From Candidatus Saccharimonadota bacterium (GTDB taxonomy: Bacteria; Patescibacteriota; Gracilibacteria; BD1-5; UBA6164), in contig OY782392.1 in NCBI GenBank assembly GCA_963677765.1, positions 120,001-152,000 of the forward strand: a stretch of DNA of 32,000 nt, in the 5' to 3' direction. Position numbers and translations under genes: made by a program. Below are positions 22,284-32,000 of the stretch, one piece after another (the stretch's first letter is position 1; every line of letters starts with the position of its first letter). The notes under the pieces were generated by a model, which saw nothing but the letters and a program-made list of their open reading frames with translations, ran no database searches and was not told where the DNA came from.

Positions 22284-23846
22284 TTATCTTATATGAAAAA
22301 AAGGTAATTCAACAGTTCATTCAGTATCAATAACTCTATGTCAGACATTTTCCCAAGCTCATTTTTCTCTATTTAGAGTCCACCGAGCTGGCCATCTAAG
22401 GAATTGATTTCAAACTAAGAAATCAAAATCTATTGGATATCATCATTGTTCTTCTGAATAATCAACAAGAAATTGCATATCCTCATCTGTTATAGCACCA
22501 TATAGATTATCAGCATTTGAATATAATTCTTCCATATGATAAACCTTGTTTTGAAGTATAACAGGATTATCTGATTTAGTATATAACTCTTTTCATGTAA
22601 TATTATCAATTATTTGAATATATGGCATTCAAAAAGTTTTCATTGTATTACCTAAATAACCATAAACAGGTCAGAAAGTATCAGAATTAAGTAGATTTGT
22701 AGTATTAGTATCTCTGTTGAATTGATATAAATAAACAGTTATATCTTTATTCTCATATTTTTCTAAAGTATCACTATAATATAATGAATCATAAGGTATA
22801 AAATATGAAGAACCATCCATTTCTAATACATAATATCTAGCATTAGTATAATCATCACTATTTTCAGAGTTAACTTTTATAATCTTATCTGCTTTATTTA
22901 ATGTAAAACTAACAGTCATATTTTTAAAGTCAACTGGTGATCAATATTGATTTAATCATATAGTTACATATCAATCAGAATATCATTCATATTTTGCTTT
23001 TAATCTAATATGAGTAAAAGGATCAAAACTTCATGAGTATTCAAATTTTCAATCTTTTGTTGTAGCTATATCTTGTCAAAAATTAAGTATTTCTATTATA
23101 GCTCAATCTATAGGAGCTCAAGATTGATCAATAACTACTCAATCTAAATTAAGTGTTATTTTTTCTATATCATCTTCTCTTAATTTATTAGCTTCATCAT
23201 AATCTCATCTTAGATCATATAAATAAGCTAATAACTCTTCTTGATTTTTTGATAAATTTGATTGATTTAAATCATCAATTACATTATTTATATTATTGTC
23301 TTGACTAAAAACATTTACAGCTAATACATCATTCAAAACTGAAGTAAGTGGATGTTGCAAATCTCTTTCAAAAGTTATTTTATGACTAGATGAAGAGTTA
23401 TATCATCAATATATTAAATTTTCTTTATAAGAAGAATATATATCTAAAATAGCTAAGTTTTTATATCATTCTTCATCAAAAATATATCATTCTGTTTTAA
23501 ATCTATAAGGTATATATGTTATATTTCAGTTAGAATCTTTTTTTCAAATGGCAAAATTTTCTTCTAATGGATCAAAATCTATACCTTCATAATCTTTTAG
23601 TTCCTCTAAGAAATCTCAAAATTTTTCATATTTTTCAGGATTAATCCCAATTTTATCATAATTTTCTTGTGATAAAGTATCTGTTATCAAAGAATCCATA
23701 TGATATTGTCATTCATATTGTTCCAAATAATCTGGCTGACTACTAAATTTTTGTTTAATATCAGATCAATTAATAGAAATAAGAAAAAATAACAAAACAG
23801 AAACTATGATAAGCGGTATTATGTAGAAAATATTATTGTTTACCAT
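22284..23846 (-). CDS. N-terminally membrane-anchored protein with a carboxypeptidase-regulatory-like beta-sandwich domain (520 aa)
   Basis: The frame was checked line by line (ATG at 23846, TAA at 22286-22284). The transmembrane segment is IFYIIPLIIVSVLLFFLISI. The segment LDGVVIDQSGAPIDGAIIEILNFGQDIATTKDGKFEYSGSF...LKAKYEGYSDGYVTI fits the CarboxypepD_reg pattern. Confidence 0.75.
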
Positions 23847-23903
23847 ATTTAAAAATTATGATTTTAAAATCTAATTATTATTATAAATAAATTTATAATA
23901 AAA

Positions 23904-23940
23904 CAAACAAAAGAGCTTTACAAGAAAGCTCTTTTGTTTG
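23904..23940 (-). terminator. rho-independent terminator of secD
   Basis: A 16-bp perfect stem caaacaaaagagcttt/aaagctcttttgtttg with loop acaag, 10 nt downstream of the secD stop. Confidence 0.8.
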
Positions 23941-23950
23941 TAAATAATTT

Positions 23951-25552
23951 TTATTTTGTTCAAATAAAAATATTTGTATTTTTTATTTTATTTGCTAAAA
24001 ATAAAATAAAAACTTTTGAAACCCACATTACAGTAAATAATGATACCAATATTCAAATTGCTAACATTAAACCAAATCATTTAATTAAATTTATTCAAAA
24101 TATAAAAAGTATTAAAGATACTATTAATCATGTTATATTTGAATCCCATATAGCTGACCAAGATTTTTCAAATCATACTTGAGTAGCTTTTACTATATCT
24201 TTTGTTTTTTGTAATTCACTTTTTACTCTTTCAAATATCAATATATTAGCATCAATAGCCATTCATATAGAAAGTATAAGACCTGCAACTGAAGCAAGAG
24301 TAAGAGTTACTCATAGTAATTTTATTACAGTTAAAACTACTAATATATATATAAATAATGAAATAGAAGCAGCTAATCAAGCTAATCTATAAACAAATAT
24401 TAAGAAAACAAATATCAAGGCAAAACCAGTTACTCATGCCATAACTAATTTAGTAAGAGAGTCTCATCAAATTTTTGAATCAATAACTCTCTCTGATGTA
24501 AGATATATAGGTGCTGGAACAACTCATGTATTGATATCTTGAGATAATTTTTTAGCTTCTTCTGGAGTATAATTACCTGTTATAACAGCTTTACCTCAAT
24601 ATATAGGTTCATTAATAACAGGAGCAGTTAAAAGCTCTCATCATACAAATATAGCCATTTGTTGACCAACTAATCTTTTTGATAATTCACCAAATATTTC
24701 AGCTCAATCAGTATTAAAAACTAATTCAATCATTGGCTTAAATGCTTCATTATATTGAACAGAAGATGTAACAAAGTATTTATCATTTAATTCTCTTCAC
24801 TTAGTATCTGTAGCATTTTTCCATTCTGATGGAGTACTAGAAACAAATAAATAAGTAGATTGATTATTTTCTATATCTTCATAAAGTAAAAATCATTCAT
24901 CTCCAGAAACTAAAGTTACATTATTTATTTTTCAACTAACTAATTCTCAAGTACTAGAAACAACATCGTTTATATTTGAAACTGTAGCTGAACTAACTTT
25001 TTCATAAGCAAGAGTGTATTTATCTACTAGAACTTGAAATAGTTCTCCTGAATTATATTCGTCTAATAAATTAGATGCAATTTGACTTCTTAAATCTAAA
25101 TCTTCTTGAGTTATAGTATTTCTAAGTTCTTTAAAACTTATTTTTACTACCCTACCTATAGCTTCTTTAGCTTTTTCAATATTTTCTGAGTTTTCCATAG
25201 AGTCATTACCTTTTAATGGTATTTGAACTATAATATGTTTTTCTCAAGCATAAGAAGCATCGTTTATTTCAGAGTCATTTATATTTAAAGATTCTATTCT
25301 TCTATCTATTATAGATTTTAATCATTCTATTATTTCTTTTTCTTTTTGACTATTATAATCTTCTTCTTTTTCTACTTCAGATAAATCAACTTTATAATCA
25401 AGCTCTATTCATCATTGTAAATCAAGACCTAATTTGTAATCCTTTCATGAAAAAGGCATTTCTATATTGTAGTTATGCCATGGAAAAACATAAACAAAAA
25501 CCATTAAAAAACCTATAAATATCAAAAATAATCTAAAAATAATATGTCTCAT
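23951..25552 (-). CDS. secD: protein translocase subunit SecD (533 aa)
   Basis: The frame was checked line by line. It has an N-terminal transmembrane segment, the hallmark LGLDLQGG, a large periplasmic domain, and a C-terminal six-helix bundle (IDANILIFERVKSEL, ITGLIVSLILFILG). Confidence 0.88.
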
Positions 25553-25621
25553 ACTCTATTTTGTGTAATATAAATATTTTAAAAATCTAGAACAATTATA
25601 TTTTTTTTGTAAAAAAGTAAA

Positions 25622-25647
25622 AAAATAATGACAAAAGCCATTATTTT
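25622..25647 (-). terminator. rho-independent terminator of rlmN
   Basis: Stem aaaataatg/cattatttt with loop acaaaagc. The sequence is T-rich downstream on the minus strand. Confidence 0.6.
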
Positions 25648-25682
25648 TACCTTTACATAATTAATTATTATTTTATAATTAA

Positions 25683-26738
25683 TTATTTATTTTGTTCTTC
25701 TTTTTTATTAGCCAATTGACCACATGCTGCATCAATATCATCTCACATAGTTGCTCTTATAGTTGATACTACTCAATAATGAGTTAATATTTTTTGGAAT
25801 TTTTCTATTATAAACTTAGGAGTTGGACTATATTCTATTCAACCCGCTCATTCTCAAGGATTATAAGGTATAAAATTAACATGAGCTAATCTTCATTCTA
25901 ATAGTTTTCATAATTCATGAGCTAATTTTATATGATCATTAACACCATTAATCATTATATATTCATAAAAAATTCTTTTATTTGTTTTTTCTACATAATC
26001 ATCTAATGAAGCCATTAAGTCTTTCAGTGGATAAGTATGGTCTACCGGCATTATTTCTCTTCTTATTTCATCATTTGGTGCATGTAAACTTATAGCCAAA
26101 CTAGTTTGAGGAAAGTCAGCAGTAAATTTTTTAATACCTGGAACTATTCAACAAGTAGATACAGTAACTCTTCTATTTGCCAAATCGAATTTTTGTTGAC
26201 TATTTGCTACATTAATAGTTTCTTTTACAACTTCATAGTTAAGCATAGGTTCTCACATACCCATATAAACTATATTTCTAAGTTTATTACCTTCATCATT
26301 AAGTAATTTAGCAGCATAATAAATTTGCTCTATAATTTCATAATTTTTTAAGTTTTTTAATAAACCTAATTTTCAAGTAGCACAAAAACTACATGCCATA
26401 GGACATCATGCTTGACAAGAAACACAAAGAGTAACTCTTCAAGTAAGATGTCTCATTATAACAGCCTCTATATACTCACCTGTTTCAGTTTTGAATAATA
26501 ATTTTGTTGTTTGTCAGTTAGAACTAGTTTTTACACTATCAACATCCATAGAGTAAAAGAAACAATTTTCTTTTAATGCATCTCTAACTTTTTTTGATAA
26601 AGTAGTCATTTCATCAAAATCAGTTATAAAGTTTTTATATATCGCATTTTCTATTTGTTTATACCTAAATGGTTTTTCTCAAATACTTTCTAATAAATCT
26701 TTTACTTTTTTTTCATCGTGTATCGAAATTTTTTGCAT
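25683..26738 (-). CDS. rlmN: 23S rRNA/tRNA adenine-C2 methyltransferase RlmN (radical SAM, 351 aa)
   Basis: The frame was checked line by line. It has the radical-SAM cluster CPMACSFCATG, preceded by CVSCQAGC, plus GMGEP, LAISLHAPNDEIR and the C-terminal AACGQL. Confidence 0.9.
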
Positions 26739-26805
26739 TTAATTAATTAATAGTTATATTTAAAATAATTGATAGTAATTTAACTTATTTTTCTTTTTTG
26801 TAAAG

Positions 26806-27453
26806 ATGAAAAAATCAAAAGTAGCAACATCTATAGCTGAAGCCATGGTAGTTTTGACTATAATAGTATTATGATTAACATGAATCTATAATATATATAA
26901 CAAATCAATGGATTTAACTATAGCAGTTGAAAATAAGATTCAAGCAATTCAAATAGCTAGAGAATGAATAGAAGCTGTAACAAATATAAGAGATACAAAT
27001 TGGCTAGTTTTTACATCTGACCCAAATAATTGTTGGAAAACCTTAAACTATGATGATAGTTGTGTTTGAGAAAGCGATCCTTTATCAAGAATAGATATAA
27101 ATGATGGTAGTTATAGAGTATATAGAAATACAGATAATAGATGGGAACTAGATTGATGATGAGCTATATCATGAGATTATAGCAATACTCCATATAGAGA
27201 GTTTTATAAAATAAGACTAGATAGTAATTGATTATATACTCAAGATTGAACATGAACAGATTTTAATCCAGTTTATACAAGAGAAATACAAGTAACAACT
27301 ATTGATGAAACATCGATAGATCCAAATACATGAAATCCTTACTATACACAAGCATTTGAATGACTTATGATTAAAAGTATAGTTTATTGGTCCGAAGAAT
27401 GAAGAATAAGAAATGTTAGCATAGAAACAATAATAACAAATTACAAAAAATAG
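26806..27453 (+). CDS. prepilin-type N-terminal domain protein (type IV minor pilin or pseudopilin-like, 215 aa)
   Basis: The frame was checked line by line (ATG 26806 to TAG 27451-27453). The N-terminus MKKSKVA-TSIAEAMVVLTIIVLGL has the charged leader, Glu at +5 and hydrophobic helix of class III signal peptides. It is followed by a PilV/GspI-like helix, AVENKIQAIQIAREGIEAV. Confidence 0.5.
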
Positions 27454-27485
27454 AAGCCTAAGAGATAGACTTCTATTTTTATTTT
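27447..27485. terminator. hairpin terminator shared by the convergent pilin-like gene and the 1228-aa gene
   Basis: A 10-bp stem aaaatagaag/cttctatttt with a 13-nt loop, then tttttatttt. It overlaps the stop of the minus-strand gene. Confidence 0.55.
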
Positions 27486-30400
27486 ATAAGATCATTTATT
27501 TTAATTTTTACTTCCTCTTCTGTTTGTCAAGGAATATCTTTTCATTTATTCATAAATGCCTTGTAGGCTTTTTCTAAATAATCTTCTTTTGAAGCGAATT
27601 TATCTTTATCATATAAACCAAATCATACTTCTTCTATCATAACATCAATAATAGGATTTCAAGCTCATTCTGATTTACTAAATCTTCATGATACTTCTTT
27701 TATATAATCAGAGAAAAATTCAAATTGTTCTTTGAAAAGCTCTTTTCTTTGTTCTTCTGTAACTCAAGTTTCATCTCAAACTTTATAGTTTCTAATAGTT
27801 TCAAAAGAATTTATGTACATGTTATACATATCTTTACTTGTAGGTCTTCATAAACCTCATGTTGGGTCAGAAGATATTTTTGAAATTCATCATTTTGTAA
27901 AAGCAATAGGATTTTTCTTATAAACTCAATAAGTTATATCATCATCTTTTACATTGAATTCTCAATCACTATGAACTCAGTTTAACATCTCATAATATTG
28001 TTTATAAACAGGTTCTTCATTTCTTCTCATTATAGTATATGGGTCTGATAAGTTTATATGGTTTATAAGTTGTTTTCAATAAGTAGTCCAGAATTTGTAT
28101 ATAGCTTTTACTTTTTTTTCAGAATCACTTTCTTGTTTTGCAGCTCTAAATTTTTTCATTGCTTCAGATTCAGCTCCTCATAATTTATCAACTATTACTT
28201 GTTCTATAAAATTGTTATACAAATTTATTCAATCACTATCTTTATTAAAAATAAGAGTAGTAAAAGGAGTTGAAAAACCTAAACCTATAAGTTTATTCAA
28301 TAAAACTTGATCCATATTTTTTGCAAAACCAGAAATAGTCAAAACAAAAGGAACTGCATTCATTTCAAAAGAACTACCATTTTTTCAAAAAATATTTTCC
28401 AAAGAACCAATAGCATTTGCATATCAAAGTTTTTCTAATTCTCATAAAAAATAACTAATTCTTCATTCCGTTGTTATTTTATTACCAGATTTCATAGCTC
28501 AATCTTCCATTTCATCTCTCATACCTCAAGCTAAAGCTCATCAAAAATCTTTATCTAATCTAGATCTAATAGTTCATCCTTTAGCTCTATCTCATAACCA
28601 AGATTCAACTAATCTTTCTTCTGTAAAAAAGATTGGTTGAGGTTTTCATTCTGGAGATTTAGCACTTGCAATTCATTCTTTGAATTTAGCTAATTTCGAT
28701 TGAGTTCATCATAATCTTTTATACCATAAAAGACTTCAAGAATATTTTCTTAATTCTTTTGGATATAAACTACCATATTTTCAAACTACTGTCATCATTG
28801 CAGCTATAACTTCGTATTCTTCTGAATTTTTATTCAAAAGAATTTTCTCTACTTGTTTTATCATATCTTTTGATCAAAGAGATTTCAAATTAGCCGATAT
28901 TTCTTCAGTAAGAGATTTTTCTTCTTGCTCAGCAGCTGATTTCATATTTAGATAAAATGTATCTGGTCATAGTTTTGCCATTTTTTGTGCAAACTTCAAA
29001 GATTTTAATTTACTTCATCTTTCTAAAGTTTTCTTTATATTCTCAGGAAAAAACTTAATTGCTCACATCAAATCAGCAAAACTCATTCTTGACATATATT
29101 TACTAAGACCTGATCATTTTAAACTTTTTTCTCAAAAAATTTCTTCTGGAGACTTTTCTTCTTCCTTTATTCCTTTTAAATAAGGAGATAATTTATATTT
29201 TTCTATATCATATAAAAATTGTGAAAAATTCTTAGCATTATATGAATTTTCTCAAGACTCAAATTTAAATCAGTCTTTTGATTCTTTAAAACTTCATTTT
29301 GTATATTCTATTTTATCTTTTCATATTTTTCTTATATATATAGCATCTCAATTTTCTCAAACAAAATATTTTACTCATGTATAAGTTTCACTTTGTGAAA
29401 GTTTTTCATCTGATTTTAGGCATATCTTGTCAGAGTTTTTTCATCATATATCAAGTGAATTAAATCAACTTAATCATAATTCTCAAGCAGTCGAAACAAA
29501 ACTATCAAAATTATTAATTTTTTTTCTTCTTTTGAATTTTGATTCTTTAAATACTTCAAAAAACTTATTAAAATCTACATTTATACTTCATCATGCTCAT
29601 TGATTTATAGTTATAGTTTTACTACTTTCATCTATAGAATCAACCAAAAAGATAAAATTTTCATCATCATTACTAGATATAACCATTTCATCAGATTTCA
29701 TTTTTATAGATTTTCATTCTGGATCAATTGCATCTATTTTATTTTTTAATTGATCTATAGTATTTATATTGTTATCTTCTACCATTTCTTTTTCTCCTAT
29801 ATCTTTTTTTTCATAAAAATTAATAGATATGTCTTTGTTATCTGGCTTAGATATATTTTTTAATAAACTATAAAAATCATCGTATAAATAATTTTCTTCT
29901 GCTCAACTAAGATCCTTTTTAAATCAATTGGGAGTAGTAACATCTTTTAGCTTTAAAACCTTTGACTCAGCTACTGATCAGTGATCAACTTTTGATATAT
30001 AATAATAAGTAAAATGAGGATTTCATTTTTTATCAAAATATTGTAGTTCTATAAAATTTTTCTCTATTAATTTATTTATAGACTCCCTAATATAAGGTGA
30101 AATACTTTTATCTTTTGAAATTTTTTCTATAAAAGATTTATGAATATTTTGTTCTTCTCATTCTATATCTAATTCTCATAAAATAGATTCTTGCATAGAA
30201 TTATTTTGTTCTATTTCACTATTATATATATCAATCAATCTAGATTTTATTTTTTCATCATTAAATAAATCTTCTATATTATTAGAGTTTTCTAAATCTT
30301 CTAAGTCTATAAAATAACTTTTTTTATCAAGTGAATCAAATATTTCTTTTATTTTTTCATCTTCTAATCATTCTATAAGATTTTTAGAGTCAGATTTAAA

Positions 30401-31165
30401 TTTTTCAAATATTTTTTCTTTTAAACTATCTGATAAAATATTATTTTTTTTCAAATCATAATAAGATATAGTTTCCAAAAAATATTTAATCAAAGCTTTT
30501 TTTGATCAATTATTTAAAGATTGAAGCAATATATCCAATCATTGTAAATCTATTTTTGAATTACTATTAAATATACTAAATAAATAAGTTATTTCTTCTT
30601 GATTTAAAGTAGATAAATTTATATTTATTTCTCTTTCAAGCATAGTTTTTATTTCTTTTTTTGCAGAAAGAGCAGTGTTTTTATCTGAAAAGATATCATT
30701 TTTAATCAAAAAATCTAATCTTTTATTTGGGTATTTCAATAAAGATATCAAAGTATTATTATCTAGTTTTGATAATGATGTATTTAAAATATTTTTTGAA
30801 TTATCATCAAGAGTATATTCAAAATTATATTTTTCATTTAATTTTTTAAAGTTTGATTTTCTAGGTAGAGTTAGTTTTAATACCTCTGATTTTAATTGTG
30901 AAGTTATAGTTTCAATTTTTGATTTTTTTAATCCACTCAGATTTAAAGATAAGTCTTTATACTCATCTCTAATGCTAACAAAAGAAAAATAATCAGTGTA
31001 AATTTTTGATATATCATATTCAGAAGAATCAAAAAAATCCATATTATCTTGAAGTTTTGATAATATAAAATCATTTTGAGATTTTGATAACAATGATGTA
31101 TCAATTGTTTTTTCTTTTTGAGAATTTTCTATAGAATTAGAACTATTTTTTCAAGAAAGAGACAT
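27479..31165 (-). CDS. large orphan hypothetical protein, apparently cytoplasmic (1228 aa)
   Basis: All lines were checked and there is no TAA or TAG in frame (ATG at 31165, TAA at 27481-27479), with an in-frame TAA four codons upstream of the ATG. It has no signal peptide, no transmembrane segment, and no P-loop or HExxH. It is rich in K, E, S and N. Confidence 0.8.
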
Positions 31166-31192
31166 AGTATTTACTTAAAAAATATTTGTTTT

Positions 31193-31221
31193 ATTATAAC
31201 ATTTTTTGAAAAAAAAAGCAA
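31193..31221 (-). promoter_or_regulatory. near-consensus sigma70-like promoter of the 1228-aa gene
   Basis: On the minus strand: TTGCTT (31221-31216), an exact 17-nt spacer, then TATAAT (31198-31193), 27 nt upstream of the ATG. Confidence 0.55.
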
Positions 31222-31307
31222 AAAATAAATAAATTAAAAATAGACTTTTAAATATTTTATATAAAATCAATACATAAAGATTAATTAAAAAATAACAATT
31301 TTTAAAA

Positions 31308-32000
31308 ATGTATATAATAATATGAATAATTGTTGCTATAGTTATGTTTTCTATAATTGTTTTGATACATGAATGGTGACATTTTGCAGCAGCAAGAAAA
31401 TTTTGAGTAAAAGTAGAAGAATTTTGATTATGAATACCCCCAAGAGCAAAAAAACTTTTTTATGATAAAAAAGGAACTCTTTTTAGTTTAAATTGGCTAC
31501 CTATATGAGGTTTTGTTAAACTAACATGAGAAACTCCTAATACTTTTAATGTATATAATAAAGAAAAAAAGCTATATAATAATTTTGATTTAGAAAAAGA
31601 CATAAAAGATTGAAAAGATATTTTTGATATAAAATGAGCTAAATTATCAAAAGTAGAAAAAGAAGAAATACTAAAATCTTTAGATGAAAACAATGCAGAA
31701 TATAATCTTGCTAATAAACCAAGTTGGCAACAAGCGATAATTATATTAGCCTGAGTATTTATGAATTTTGTATTAGCTTGGTTTATATTTTTTGTATTAT
31801 TTTTGATTTGAGTATCACCAATATGAATAAACTCAAAAATAGAAACTGATTTAGATTTAAAATTAATTCCGACTTATGAACAAGCAATAGAGAGATGATT
31901 AATCATAAAAAATCCATGATTAGTTCTATATCCTATAGAATGAAGTATAGCTGAAAAATCTTGATTAAAAGAATGAGATATTTTGTATGAAGTAGCTACT
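31308..32000 (+). CDS. rseP: site-2 (M50) zinc metalloprotease RseP family, 3' end cut by window edge
   Basis: The N-terminal transmembrane segment is followed by HEWGH (31368-31382, with TGG=Trp directly next to TGA=Gly). Then come FGVKVEEFGLG and LNWLPIGGFV, and a PDZ-like region begins (IEGSIAEKSGLKEGD). Confidence 0.88.

Noticed and set aside
30675-30992. 105-aa plus-strand ORF and similar plus-strand ORFs at 23934-24182, 26106-26306 and 28095-28310
   Set aside because: All are antisense to verified code-25 genes (the 1228-aa orphan, secD and rlmN). They are artefacts of standard-code ORF calling.
1-32000. Alternative explanation 1: TGA = Trp (code 4, Mollicutes-like)
   Set aside because: TGA aligns with invariant Gly in P-loops, the Pth GLGNPG motif, SecD LDLQGG and RseP HExGH, where Trp would be incompatible. 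TGG is still used for Trp, for example HEW(TGG)G(TGA)H.
1-32000. Alternative explanation 2: a heavily pseudogenised genome with many nonsense mutations
   Set aside because: Only TGA interrupts the genes. TAA and TAG never occur in frame across about 9,000 checked codons. Frames are never shifted, and TGA positions coincide with conserved Gly.

Overview
This is a very AT-rich, gene-dense bacterial window that only makes sense under genetic code 25, where TGA encodes Gly and only TAA/TAG are stops. Under the standard code everything is shredded into short ORFs. Reading TGA as Gly gives 21 intact genes (two cut by the window edges), and TGA falls on invariant glycines in ClpC and MurC P-loops, the RseP HExGH motif and the AhpC tail. 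TGG still encodes Trp, which argues against code 4. Code 25 is known only from Gracilibacteria (BD1-5) and Absconditabacteria (SR1), so the source is most likely one of these Patescibacteria/CPR lineages.

Recognisable housekeeping genes are ahpC (partial), clpC, map, a XerC/D-type recombinase, a HAD-IB hydrolase, pth, murC, secD, rlmN and rseP (partial).

The most interesting content is an ~11 kb block (12538-23846) of six consecutive envelope or secreted proteins with no enzymatic signature:
- Two convergent giant paralogues (940 and 1351 aa) share a ~230-aa C-terminal module ending QVNPPK-F-K.
- A small Cys-rich anchored protein (139 aa) has its own promoter and terminator.
- A tail-anchored coiled-coil protein (619 aa), a membrane-anchored protein with a carboxypeptidase-regulatory-like domain (520 aa) and a small signal-anchored protein (104 aa) complete the block.
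- An orphan RnfD/NqrB-like membrane protein sits immediately upstream.

Other orphans are a secreted protein pair (3855-6784), a lone pseudopilin-like gene and a 1228-aa cytoplasmic protein with a near-consensus promoter. A cluster of six TTTGTAT/ATACAAA heptamers lies upstream of clpC. Nearly every transcription unit ends in a long perfect hairpin terminator, and no start codon has a Shine-Dalgarno sequence.

All calls come from hand translation and motif recognition. No database search was possible. No rRNA, tRNA, CRISPR array or transposon was seen.
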